Shown: positions 33,963-46,353, counted from the whole stretch's first letter. The stretch is 61,725 nucleotides of DNA, filler included, from Bipalium vagum (GCA_037834085.1; 3 parts of 3 records of this genome joined end to end with filler, not necessarily neighbours in it); one strand, 5' to 3'. The notes: generated from the letters alone by a model not told the origin. Numbers and translations: made by a program.

Positions 33963-34759
33963 TTCAAAAGATTCATGTACACTGAAATAGATTTTCAATT
34001 ACTGATTACTTAATTTTATAAAAATCATCAGAACCGATTATTAAATCCAACAGAAGTAAAAATTATTTTCATGTGTATTTAATTTTGAAAGACATTATGC
34101 ATATGTATTTTAGTGAAAATGGATGTTATTAATGCATCTTAAAAACAGAGGATTTTATTTTAAAAATGAATTAGCTAACACTTAATCTAAAGATTAAATT
34201 TAAAGGATATTGTGGAGTTATTATTCAACTTGATAATGTTGCGGCAATGAAATCTTACTTATTATAATATAGTGGAATTCAGGCTATGAAGATTCCTTTC
34301 AGAACTAATCTTCATTCTGAAATCGACTTGTCAAAAGAATGTTCCTCTTCAGATGGCGTGGTCTTGACTTCAAACAAACACCAAAGCGTAGTTGGAAATG
34401 TCCTGTTGTTATATTATTTAACACTTACCATTATCACTTAATATAAATCATTGATTCTTCATCCAATTTCGTTCATTTGTGCAGATTTTCTAAAGATTCA
34501 AGTCATCAAAAACATATCAATTATCTAAGATGTTTAGTGCAACAACTATAAAATTTTAAAATAACCATAACAAACTTATACACTAATTAAAGTTTAAATA
34601 ATCTCTTAGAGTCTTTTACATAAGATCTAAATTAATCAAATGAATATCATAGGCTGGCGTCGGCAGTAAGAATTATGCCTAAATTCCACTAAACTTTGTC
34701 GGAGTAGTGTATAATTAGTAATTACTATTAAGAAACATTCAAAAAATTATAATTAATTT

Positions 34760-34905
34760 TTATTAATTCAAACTCTGTTAATTCGAAAACCATTGTAGAT
34801 CGCAACAGATATTTTATTATTTTTACTTGTCAGTTAATTCAAAACTCTGATAATTCATTATAAACTTTTGTGTCCCGCACGTTACGAATTAACCAGGTTT
34901 TACTT
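34760..34905. mobile_element. pogo/Tigger-like MITE remnant
   Basis: Repeated AAACTCTGTTAATTCG-like motifs and an inverted CGAATTAACCAGGTTTTACT end. Confidence 0.4.
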
Positions 34906-35516
34906 TATTATTAGTAGTATCAGTATTAATTAATTATTATTATTACTAACCCTGATATTATTATCAACTATATTGTAGTCCTTTTTTAAAAAACCTTTTT
35001 GAGAGATGTCTTCGAACTAACTCAACGGGAAATCCTGATTTATTTAAATTCGGTTCCCCGACTCCCTTAATTAAAATTACTCAGACTTTATCAACAACTT
35101 TATTTATATATAATACAAAATTAAATCACAATTTCTGTTTTAACACAATCCAAATTATTTTCTACTTAATAACTGGTTCTTTTTGTTCCGCTTTCACTTT
35201 ACCTTACCTGGTTCAGATTCCACTTCACCCATCTTCTTAGTTTTCTATCATTAATTTGGCTGAATTTTCTTCCGATTCCTTTTGACTTTAAATTTATGAT
35301 GATTACTATGGTTACTATGAAAATATTAAAGTTAAATTTAACCTAGATTCTGATTAAAAATTTATTTTTATTTTTAAAAAATAGAAACATTTGTTGGGTT
35401 TTGAAAAATAATAATTTTGAATAATAATAATTTCAGTAATAATAATAATAATAATACAAAAAAAATTTTTTTTTTCAAAAAAAAAGGGGGGAAATTTTTT
35501 TCTGATTAATTATTAA

Positions 35517-35704
35517 GGGGAAATCCCACCGTGGGGACTATTTTTTCATGGGATCATTCTTGTTAATTGGAGATGGGGAAATCCCGTCGTGGGTATTATT
35601 TTTCATGGGATCAGGAGACTATCTCGGCGTGGAGATAGTGAGAAGCTATAGTCGTCTCAGAGCAGGGATTGGTGATCGTAGACCAATCCCTACGCGTATA
35701 AAAG
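35517..35704 (+). promoter_or_regulatory. LTR U3 promoter: duplicated palindromic boxes, inverted CCAAT pair, TATA box
   Basis: GGGGAAATCCC..CATGGGATCA twice; CTATCTCGGCGTGGAGATAG; GGGATTGG..CCAATCCC; TATAAAAG at 35697. The CCAAT pair, CTATCTC palindrome and TATA box are conserved in copy A. Confidence 0.7.
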
Positions 35705-35727
35705 GAGACGGCTATTCCCGTTAAGTT

Positions 35728-35878
35728 GCCCAAAAATTTCAGAGGAAACATTCAAAAGTTCTGCCAAAAAAAAATTTCAGAGGAAACATTCAAAAGTTCT
35801 GTCGGGAAAATTTTCAGAGGAAACATTCAAAAGTTCTGCCCAAAAATTTCAGAGGAAACATTCAAAAATTCCAGAGGA
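35728..35878 (+). repeat. Four ~35-38 bp tandem units inside LTR B
   Basis: Core TTTCAGAGGAAACATTCAAAA occurs four times. Confidence 0.92.
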
Positions 35879-35954
35879 CGCTGTTGGAGGAATTAAGAGG
35901 ACGACTATAGTAAATCTTTTATTCATTTCCAAATTATGCAGTCGGATTCTTTTT

Positions 35955-36044
35955 ACAAGGGGACCCAGCGAGCTTGGGAATCCCTAGGCGATGTGAGAAG
36001 GGTCTAGAGGGTGACCCGAGGACCCCTTGTCTCTCTTGGTGAGA
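35955..36044 (+). ncRNA. Conserved structured RNA element plus splice donor in the LTR (also 14925-15013 minus, 40749-40837 plus)
   Basis: ACAAGGGG/CCCCTTGT closing stem, GAGA and GNRA tetraloops, a compensatory pair change, and invariant GGTGAGA. Confidence 0.6.
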
Positions 36045-36559
36045 TCGATTTTGATTATTTTTATTTTTCGTTTTGTTTTCTTCAATTTCAGTATTAAATT
36101 ATTATCATTATTAAATTTAAATTCAGTAGTAGCGGGATTTCAGTTTATCCATAATAACATTTCTTTTGTGATCGATTTAATATTTGTAATTATTAGTACA
36201 AATAAATTTTTATTTAAAATATCTTGAATTGGTTATTAAAGGGAGCGGATACTGTATATTGGAGGGTGTTTTACATTCAAAGGCGTTGAGAGGGATTTCG
36301 AACACAACGAGTTACACAAAGTGACGAGCACACGTTGCTACATTTTAGTATAATGATAACACATTTTTACAAAAAATATCAAATTTTTTATTTCAAAAAT
36401 TTACAACAACATTTAATGTGAAAGTAAAAATCTCAGAAATTACATTTAAGTTTGAAACACCACTAATTATTAATCTAAATTTCAACTATAAATTTGCTTT
36501 AATTTATTTTTCAAAAAATCTCTTTTTTTAAAAAATAATAAAATAGTTGTAACTATTAC

Positions 36560-37058
36560 AAACTCAAACTGAAAAAAATCTCGAAAGACAAAAATAACTC
36601 CATTAGCATGTAAAATTTCTGAGTGTGGATTAAAAAGGATAAAAGAATTAAAACCATTGAAACCAGAAGAGTATTATATAAGAATTAATGATAATCCAAT
36701 TTCTTTAAACTGTAAAATGAAAATATTTAAAGTTTGTATTGTTTCTTTTCTAGAAAATTCAATTACTGAAATATTATGATCTGAAAACAAACGCTATACA
36801 AAAAGTGATTTTGAATCAAAAAAGGGTTAAAATTTCATAAAAAAATAGAATCATGATTGATTGTAATAGTGTTGATTAAGAAATATTATTTTCAACTGTC
36901 TTTCTAGCATTGTTAAAAGGAGATCTAGAATTATTGAAAGATCAAAATTCCTAATTTACTATTCTTTATTTACAAAACATATAAATGAAATAAAATTTAA
37001 GATATTTGATAATAAAAATGAACTAATACATTTTAATGGAGAACAAAATCGATTTTAA
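36560..37058 (+). pseudogene. Polinton/Maverick minor capsid (penton) pseudogene
   Basis: RIMIDCNSV and C-terminal RIIERSKFLIYYSLFTKHINEIKFKIFDNKNELIHFNGE match the Polinton penton pattern; contains stops and frameshifts. Confidence 0.7.
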
Positions 37059-37107
37059 TGTTCACAAATAAGTTTGTATTAAAGAGATTAAAAAGTTTTT
37101 ATAAAAA

Positions 37108-37230
37108 ATGGAGAATCTTTGTTTTGAGAGAGAAATAAATTTTAATCATCATTCAAAGTTACCAAAACCTTTTAGAATGTTACTTATTAGTTCTTCTGGA
37201 TCAGCAAAACCATATTTATTATTAAATATT
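37108..37230 (+). pseudogene. Polinton packaging ATPase N-terminal fragment
   Basis: LPKPFRMLLISSSGSAKPYLLLN is a degenerate LP..FR.LI.G.SG.GKT Walker A region. Confidence 0.75.
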
Positions 37231-37999
37231 ATTTATATATGTTTATATTTTATTATTATTTTTATATTATTTTCAATTATTCTTTTATCATCAATCTGGA
37301 AATAGCAATCTTATTTTGTGAATATAAATAAATGTTATATTTCGTAGATTTTAAACCAAAATTATTTTTTTCATTACAAAAGTATTGAAAGATATATCTT
37401 AAATTTTATCATATTCTTTTATTTCTGTTTGTTACTTTTATTAATTCCTTTAACTTTATTATCATTAAATATCGTTCCATCTTTAAAATAACTATAACTA
37501 TTATATATAGATTAGATTTTATAGCATAAAATTCTATGAAAATTTAATTAGACATTTTTTCTATTTCCATAAACAATAGATATATTTCCTCTTATTCCTC
37601 TTTATGTTAATAATAAATAATTATACCTTTTTTCTTTATAATATTTTAATTTTACCGGATTAAATTAAAAAAATACCTGTACGAAACCGAACTACCAAAA
37701 TTGCACCTCACTTATTGGAATTCATATGGAGACGAAAAAATAGCAATGATTTGTAGAATAACTTCATATCATTGCTATAAATGTATTTTGTAATATTTCA
37801 ATAAAATAAATAAACTTATTGATATTTCTTTCAATATTTCAGAATAATAAAATCATAAATTTGGCCCTAAAGAGGGCCAAAAACTTTCATATCTAAAATA
37901 GTTTAAATATCTAAAAACATAATTAAATAAAATTAAATACTTATCTAAAATGACCTTCGGTTTGACCCATATAAACAAAACGGGAACAAACCGAATTTC

Positions 38000-38536
38000 A
38001 ACCCCAAAATATTATGATAATATTGAATAAATTTACCAAGATACTGATTCATTTGTTATAAAAATTAAAACTGAAAATCTTTATGAAGATTTAAATCAAT
38101 TTAAAGATTAGGTGGATTTCTCAAATTATAAAGAAAATGAATTTGCTACTACTTTAAAATTAGATAAACTTGATTATACATAAAATAATAAAGTATTAGG
38201 AAAATTTACTGATGAATTAGAGGGGGAAATAATGACAGAATTTGCTGCATTAAAATCAAAATCATGTGGTTATAAATTTAAATCAATTTTAAATAACAAA
38301 GAATCAGAAAACATAAAAAATAAAGGAATACAAAAATAGGCTGTAAATAAAGAAATTAAATTAAATCATTTAAAAAAAATTTTTTTTATCCGATTATAAC
38401 AAAAAATGATTATACTCAAATTAAATCTGATAAACTTGGTATATTTCTTTTAAAACAAAATAAAAAAGCATTAGATCAATTTGATGATAAAAGATTTAAT
38501 TTAAATAATATAGAATCCAAACCTTTTGGTGTTTAG
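38000..38536 (+). pseudogene. Protein-primed family B DNA polymerase C-terminal fragment (Polinton)
   Basis: YQDTDSF (from 38034), NKVLGKFTDE..EFAALKSK, KNKGI, KKALDQFDDKR..PFG; contains in-frame stops. Confidence 0.92.
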
Positions 38537-38561
38537 CAGCAAAGCTGCGCAAACACATGAA

Positions 38562-38783
38562 TTAAAAGCTTTGATTTCGTAATTTATAAACATAATCTTT
38601 TAAGAAAATAAGCCTTTTCCATTTGGTTATAATGAAGAAAACAATTACCATAAAAAATAAAATTGAAATAATCACTAAAATAAAAATTATAAAATTAGAG
38701 CTTAATACTTTTTTATGTAATTTATCAATTAAGTTAATAGCATTTTCTAAATTATTATTTATTGTTTTTAAACCGATATCCAT
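38562..38783 (-). CDS. 73-aa ORF: short coiled coil plus transmembrane helix, Polinton-associated
   Basis: Intact ATG ORF converging on the pPolB stop; ~23-residue hydrophobic run followed by KWKR. Confidence 0.5.
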   Translation of the reverse strand: MDIGLKTINNNLENAINLIDKLHKKVLSSNFIIFILVIISILFFMVIVFFIITKWKRLIFLKDYVYKLRNQSF

Positions 38784-38872
38784 TTTTAGTTTATTATTCT
38801 AACATTTTTTAATCATAAAAGATAATTTAGGAGCAAATTCTCAGTAATCTATTATTGAATCATTTCATTCTA

Positions 38873-39260
38873 TTATTTACTCTTTAATTTTTCATTTCGT
38901 AGTTTCTCTCTTTCATCTTTATTTAATTCAAATTTTCTTGTATATTTATCTCTTACTTCTTGATTAATTTTTCTATTTCCAATTATAAATTTCTAAATCT
39001 TTTAAATTAATTTTATCTTGCATATCTTTCATTTCTTCTGACATAATTATCATAGTTTTATGAAATACTTCATTATTAATTATATAATCCTGTAATATTT
39101 TATTTTTTATAGCATAATTTTCTTTTACAACTAATTCAATTTTATCTTTTATTCCAGCGGAAAAAAGGGAAGAAATGAAGTCATTATAAAATAAACCAAT
39201 GATAATTGTAGGAATGCTGGCACACATAATAATTAGTATAAATACCCAAAGAAAAATCAT
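38873..39260 (-). pseudogene. N-terminal TM plus coiled-coil protein, one frameshift near 38975, Polinton-associated
   Basis: 95-aa ORF; removing one A continues it as RKINQEVRDKYTRKFELNKDEREKLRNEKLKSK-stop. Confidence 0.5.
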
Positions 39261-40130
39261 AAAAATTCGCCTTCAAAAATTCTAAGTTTATCATAAATCA
39301 ATTTGGACAGGAAAAATATACTAATTAAAGTGTAAGTGAATTATTATATTCACTTTAGTTAATAAATTAACTTTACAGAACTCGAATATAATTTCACTTT
39401 TCTGTTTTTGTTCAATTTAAATTTCCGGATTCTTCTTTTTGTGTTTTATTTATTAACTAGTTATCAGATTCGTTATTTTACTTCAGAGCATCTACACATT
39501 TCCTGGTGTAGATTGAATATCTTCTTTAATTAAAAATATATTGTCATTTTGATTTTATTAAAAGAAAAATCTTTTAAAAAGTTGTAAAAAGTGTATTAAA
39601 AATAAAAGTTTAAAATCGTTTTGTTTGCCTTATTTGTGATCGGTACACTACCCTAAGGAGTCATATTAAGATAGGTTGTACACATCCTCACTCTCACAAA
39701 ACTTAACATATATAGGATTTTACAAAATATGTGAAAAAAATTATTTTTGTGGGAAAGATATTTTATTTTTACTAAAATACATTGAAAAAACTCATATTTG
39801 ACGAAAAACTGGGTTTTGAAAAAATTAAGAGAAAATTCAATGTTGGATAAAAACCTTTGAGCGCCGGAATTGTTTTCTGATCGAATAGTTCTCCTTTTTA
39901 TCGTATTTTTATTTTTTGAGTTTGAATTCTTAGGATTTTATAGATTTTTGCGGATACTTAATATTCGTCCTTTTCTGGATTTTCAATTTTGAATAATTCT
40001 TCTTTAAAGGCTCTTTTAGAAATATAATCTTCTGTCTGTAATCCGAGATTCGCAACAGTTTGTAAATTCTTCCTTTTTTCTTGTTATTAAAATTTTTTCG
40101 TGTATTTTATAATAAAATTATTGGTATTTA

Positions 40131-40576
40131 CCGGGTGCGTCGTATAATCGCGGAAATAAATACACAAATATAAAAATTAAATTTATGAAGTAAAATTTTA
40201 TTGAGAACTAAATATGAACTTATATTTATTACATTATACATCCATAAACAATTATTCAAAAAGACCTACATCAGCATCAATTACGGCCTGAACCCTGGAC
40301 CTGAACCTGGAGCAAATCTTGATAATGTACTCCTGAGATATATTGTTCCATGCCTTCGTTAAAGCTTTCTTTAGAGACTTCAAATTAGAGTGCTGTACTT
40401 TGGAGGCCTCTGTCTGAACAGAGAAAATCAAAGGAGAATTGAGAGGAAGTGAGATCAAGTGAGCTAGCGGGCCATATTGATTTATCCCAGAATTTCATAT
40501 TTTCTTTCAGCCACGCTTGGGTTGCCTTTGAGGTATGACATGGATCTCCATCTTGGATAAAATTCATATGGTACAT
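40131..40576 (-). mobile_element. maT/DD37D-like transposon 3' remnant
   Basis: FIQDGDPCHTSKATQAWL..WPASSLDL, SLKKALTKAW..FRSRVQAVIDA; TA|CCGGGTG end. Confidence 0.8.
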
Positions 40577-40599
40577 ATTCCAAAAAATGAAATTTAATT

Positions 40600-41172
40600 T
40601 ATATACAGTCAAGGTTCGGATCACTCAAGGAATTAAAGGAATAGAGTTTAAATTCAAATTACACAATGTTATAAGTTCAAGTTCAAGTTTAGATCACGCA
40701 ATTATTTGTTTTTTGATTTGTATTGTTCCTGGGAGTCTTCACAAATTCACAAGGGGATCCAACGAGCTTGGGAACCCGTAGGTGACTTGAGAAGGACCTA
40801 GAGGGCGACCGGGGATCCCTTGTCGATCTTGGTGAGAGACCGTTTATTATTTTTGTTGTGCTGATTTCTGCTGTTACTTTTCATGAACTCTGTGATTCTT
40901 TTTTTCTCTCATTTCATTAATAGTAATGTATTTATTTTATTATTATTTATTGGACTTATTTGAGACTTCTCGTGGTGATTGATAGTGTGAATGTGCTTTT
41001 GGTTAATAAAGTTTTATTGAGCACGTTTTGATTAAGTTCTTAGGGTGCGGATACAGTTTTATTGTGGGTGTTTTGATTCGATAAGATTGAGAGGAGTTAC
41101 GAACACGCTTTATAAAAAGTGGAGTCATGAGCACACGAGCATACGTTACTACATCTAAGTATAATAGTAACA
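40600..41172 (+). mobile_element. LTR copy C, 5'-truncated (U3 missing)
   Basis: Shares the GC island, GGTGAGA, AATAAAGTTTTATTG and terminal AGTATAATAGTAACA with copy A. Confidence 0.88.
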
Positions 41173-42007
41173 TATTCTTTTTCAAGGAAAGAAAATTTAA
41201 CAAGATATTTAAAGAGACTAAGTTAGGACAAATGATCATCTGATGATGAATTGTATAGAACAATGCGATAAATAATATATTTATCTGTTTTGACTAAATG
41301 ATATTCGAAGTTGTAAATAAGTTAATAAATATTGTGAGAGGAAATGTTCAAAATTGTTTAATATTTTGTTGAATTTTGGTATTCTCCCGGTTTGTTTTTC
41401 TGAGATTTCTGAGACCAATTTTTAATTAAATAATTAGTATATTTTTACTAAGATATGTCTTTGGAATGGATTTATCCATTTTTCTTAAATATGTATCTTA
41501 AATACTATATTTCAATAAATATATTATTTTGGCTAAATGAGCGGATTTATGTCTAAAGAAGATTTCTTTTTACAATGACATTCACAAGTTAATAGAAATT
41601 TATACCAATGGTATAGATAACGATAGGAAATATGTAGAATATAATTGTGTTGTCTTTAAAATAAATGCATTTTGTTTTTTAAAAAAATTTCGCAGAATTA
41701 ACTGCTACACGTAATATTATTTCATTATCTAAATAATAGCAGAAGTCAATTTAATTTACAAAAAATGTAACCTTAAGGTTGAAACATAGTATTATTGGCA
41801 ATTAAATATTGCATTTGATATTGAAAAATATGGATAACTCTAATTAATAATAAATTTAGAAAAATATGAATATTAATTTTTATTATTTATATTATAAAAT
41901 TTAATCTAAAAAAAAACTTCATTTGTTAAAATATAACAGTTTTGTCCGAGCTAAATAAGAAATAACAAAATTGTTTTAATAATGAAAAGATAAAATAATA
42001 TTTAAAT

Positions 42008-42217
42008 ATGAAGAAAGTAATGTGTATTGTGTTATGCGCCACTTTATCCGGAGGATATTTAATGTCAATGGTAGCAGAAATCCGATTATTTAAGCATAAA
42101 GTAAAAAATTTTGTTGCTGTTTCACCTATTCCCGAAGCAGATGTCCAGGATTTTTATTCAAAATTGGATAAAAATGCTGACTGGAGTAATATTCGTGGTC
42201 CTCGGCCATGGGAATAA
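42008..42217 (+). mobile_element. Possible Mutator (MULE) transposase fragment
   Basis: KVKNFVAVSPIPEADVQDFYSKL resembles MULE post-catalytic helices; weak. Confidence 0.3.
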
Positions 42218-43464
42218 GCTATATAATACGTACAGTCTGTATGTAGATATTTTTATTGTGGAAAGTGCTGTTAGTACAAAGTCCATATTAATTAATTAAT
42301 GAAAATAATTATTCTTTTTTTAATTTTATAAAATTGATTAATTTTTTATAGATTTTGATTGAGATATACTTACTAAAATATGTTTATATTGAAGTTTTTA
42401 TTTAAAATCGAAAATTCAGAGTTTGAAAATGCTAATTTTATTGTTAAAGTTAATGATAAATTAATTTTATACAACTGAAACACTTAGAATTCTCCTAAAT
42501 TTTATATGAGAATATGTATTATTAGACATTGAAAGAAATTTTCGAATTTCAGTTTAAAAAATGAGATTAAAAATTTTTTTGAAATCGAATGAACAAGGAA
42601 ATGGTTATTGTATAAATATTTTGCTTTCTATCTATTTCAATTCTTTTTTATGTGGTCATAAATATAAAGGTAACGAAAGATTGAAACTAAAGATTTTTTA
42701 AACATCTGAAGATAATCGTAGTACATTTGTATTTTCAGTAAAGAAACGGGAGTGCATGAAAAAATATGTCAATAGGGAATAATGTCTCCACATTATACGA
42801 CAATCTTGAGTTTTTATATTAATAGTACTGTTAAATAGATGATTTATTTCCACCTTAAACATGTCGCCACATTCGCTGAATTTATTTATCATCTAATGTC
42901 TCAAATTATTAAAATAATTAAAAGTTAATAAAAACTATTATTAACTACTTATTAACAAGCCAATAAATCCTTCCGGGTTAATTAATTTGAACAATTTAGC
43001 TGTCAAAAAGAAAATTTTAAATGCTTTGGTTTTCGTTATTGTAATTATAATTTTAAAGTGAAATCCCAACAACAAACAAGAAGTTTATGATATCCCAGAC
43101 ATCTTTATAACAGATAAATCTCTTCAATATGCTGTTCGGGTTATTCTTTCTGATTTACACAAAAACTGCTGTTTTATATTGGTAGTATGTAGTCTCGCAT
43201 TGTTTTGTTGGAAACTACTTTATGGTATTTTTTCCATTAATGGGCGATTTTCATCGATGTATCGAAAAGCATTCAAATTATCTCTGATAAATATAAAGTT
43301 ACGCACACAAATATATTCTTATTTTCTATCCATATTTATTTTATGTAATAAAATCCTTTCTTCTATTAGGTTGTCTAATAAACTCGTGCCGTTTTTTTAC
43401 GATGTCTTTTTGAATGACTATTATTGATTTAATTATTATTAATTTTTTTATGATTATTATTATA

Positions 43465-43564
43465 NNNNNNNNNNNNNNNNNNNNNNNNNNNNNNNNNNNN
43501 NNNNNNNNTTAATTAATTAANNNNNNNNNNNNNNNNNNNNNNNNNNNNNNNNNNNNNNNNNNNN
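43465..43564. other. Assembly gap with synthetic TTAATTAATTAA linker
   Basis: N44-TTAATTAATTAA-N44. Confidence 0.95.
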
Positions 43565-43637
43565 TAAATATAAATATAAATATAAATATAAATATAAATA
43601 TAAATATAAATATAAATATAAATATAAATATAAATAT
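43565..43637. repeat. (TAAATA)n microsatellite
   Basis: About 12 perfect hexamer units. Confidence 0.95.
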
Positions 43638-44418
43638 ACATTATACGGAAAGGGAAAGGGAAAATGAAAACATGTCTTAAATTGAACTTAATCTTTAAAA
43701 CTTCGTCCGTTTAATCAAAATATTTGAAATCTTCTATCAATAGTTTCCAAAGAAATTATACTATTCATATATTTTTATTATGTTTGAAAAAACTGCTAGC
43801 TTTTGGGATAATTTAAACATTTATATTTTAATTTATTTCTCACTATTATATTTTTGATTTTTGTATCTATATGTTTTCTCAGTAAATGACAACAGTCCTC
43901 CTTATAACTACATGGTTATTTGTGTAACCCATGCAGAAAAATTCTTTTTAGCAAAAAATTTTTCTTTTTCCTCTTATTTTTTTTCATTTTATTTCCTCTT
44001 TTTTTTTTGAATTTGATGAATTTTGTATGAGTTGATTTTCTTTCTGAGTCAGCAGACAAGATGGTTTTATTTACGTTCCTATAGTGCCGGTGGAACTATA
44101 CGGCAAAAGACGACCTATTCAGGATCTCTCGAACCTATATTGATTGATATACTGAAACAAAGAAAATCACTTTCCTGGAACTTCAATGGGCCATAAGCTG
44201 AGTCAAATGAAAATGAATATGTATGTGGAATGATGTGAATGATGATTGATGGTGAAATATTCAAAATGACTTATATTAAATGCTAAGGAATGTAAAGCAG
44301 AAAGAAAACAAAAACTTTAGAAATAACCAAAATGAATTAATAAAACAAAACATTACGATGTACTCATGCACGATATAAAATAAATGTTGATTTTTTAAAG
44401 TTACATGAATGCTTAGTC

Positions 44419-44824
44419 TTAGGTGTGTGAATAAGTTTCGGATTCGGAATAAAAACGCCACAATTTTAATGTGCTTAGTAATACATTAATTATATATATA
44501 TGTTATTTGAAATAGTCAATAAATGTCTATTAATTTCACTATAAAAATGTCTTGTTTAAATATTCATCTTTTTAAAATTCGTTCCATAGCTCATGGTCCG
44601 GCTAACCAGCATTATAAACGTTACGAGGATACAAAATGTGGCTCGAATCTTGGATCGCCTCAGAAAACCCTGAATCGGAAACTTGTCTTGAAGGTGGGAG
44701 AAAGTATTGAAAAGCAGAATATTTCGAAGAATGAATGTGTTTATTTTTATAAAAAAGTTTATCTATTTTAGTTATTTCTTAGTTATTTATTTTTAAAAAT
44801 TCGGAAACTTATTCAAACATCTAA
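44419..44824 (+). mobile_element. Internally deleted mariner (same family as 7381)
   Basis: TIRs TTAGGTGTGTGAATAAGTTTCGGATT and AATTCGGAAACTTATTCAAACATCTAA. Confidence 0.85.
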
Positions 44825-46016
44825 TACATTTCATTAATACATGTTGCTTACTTAATATAGTTCACATAAGCAAAAAATATTATTTTTTAGTCAACAAAGA
44901 TATAAATATATTCAATATGCACAGTAATATAATATGAAAATGGTATAATAATATGACAATGGTATGAAACAAATTTCTTAATAACGTAATTGGTTTTAAA
45001 AAAATGCTAATCACCCAAAATACGTGCTCAAAGATTGTTCAAGGATTAATAAGAAGAAAATTGCCAAAATATAATAATAAAAAATATAATTAACACATAA
45101 TTAATTAAATTTCTTCAAAGCAGTCCCCAGCAGTATTTATACAGTTTGTTAAATTGTTTTTCTTTTTTTCGAAGCAAGAAACATGTTTCTTTAGATTCAT
45201 GTTTCGTATACTGGTATATGACTGTTCCAAGTTGACTTCGACTTTCATATCTATGATGAAAAAGATGATCTTTCAGTCTACCAAGCAATCAAAAATCACA
45301 TGAACACAAAAGTATTCCTTAGTATTCTAAGAAATCCATGAAAATTTGTGATATATGAGCCTTGACATATCATGATGAAGGCAAAATTGGTAGTTGATTA
45401 CATGCAAAACATTTTTCTTTCACATAAGGCAGAACAATATTGAAATAATAAATACTGATACTTTTCCCGAATTAGTTAAAAAATGTGCCAGAGGACCATC
45501 ACCGTTAAAGAAAATTGCATAAAACATCATATCTGGTGTTTTACTACGCTTTGCCTCTGAGAAAAATGATGCCCATCTAATCAATCCAACAATCTAGACT
45601 TTATTTTGTTTCTTTCATTAAGGTTGAAAATAAGATATACAAATTTCATAAATACTTTCAATTCAACTTCCAGTTATGTCTTCAATATCAAGAATAATAA
45701 TAAGGTATCTTTAATGACAATTTATCGGGAAGTTCTGTGATTTTCAAGTATTATAGCGGGAAAAGGGCAACCTTTCAGATGTTTTCTTTAATATTCCGTC
45801 ATCGTTCTTTGAAAATCTCACTCCATAATGCGATTGTGGCCAGTATGGGAAACTATTCATAACCAAAACTATCAATCAACAATCTCTTTTTTATCAGTTC
45901 ATTACTGACTTTGGTCTTCCTGATATCTTTTCATTTGTAGTGATCTAGCTTGAAAGTTTTTAAATTATATATTGAACTGTAAAATTAGATAGTTTCAGTT
46001 CTTTATCAATGCTGTG

Positions 46017-46353
46017 TATAAGGAGTGATTCGAACAATTAGTTTTTTTGAATTTTTTAAAAAAAGGACCTCACGCCTAGATTAACAATTATTAAATGTTT
46101 TTAATTTAAAGTTTTAAAAAATTATGTTATAATCTTTAAATAAATATTTTAAATAAATGTTGGTTAATTTTAAAAAAGTTAATAATTTAATTTTAATAAA
46201 AGGTGAGGTCCTAGTTTGAAAAGTTTGTTTGATTAATTAGATTTAATGAAATATATTATTATCATTACTTTGATTTTGAATTCTTATTTACAAAGAATAC
46301 ACAAGAATATAACTTTGTGAAAGCTAATTTTGTTTTCATAGGACCACTCTATA
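46017..46353. mobile_element. MITE; second, truncated copy at ~48177-48463
   Basis: TATAAGGAGTGATTC..GGACCACTCTATA ends; internal inverted AGGACCTCAC/GTGAGGTCCT; collinear homology with 48177-48463. Confidence 0.75.

Larger units (their letters stand above)
35392..36361 (+). mobile_element. Solo LTR, copy B (970 bp)
   Basis: TGTTG...TAACA termini and perfect 4-bp TSD CATT (35388-35391 and 36362-36365). Reverse-complement homolog of copy A. Confidence 0.92.

Noticed and set aside
35728-35878. CRISPR-like array of ~36-bp repeats
   Set aside because: No unique spacers and no cas genes; it is a tandem repeat inside a eukaryotic LTR.
44040-44260. GC-richer island with short hairpins, a possible ncRNA or exon
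   Set aside because: No tRNA, snoRNA or snRNA signature, no second copy and no sustained reading frame.
45130-46000. Possible decayed hAT transposase on the minus strand
   Set aside because: Only a vague IRWAS motif; too degenerate to support a call.
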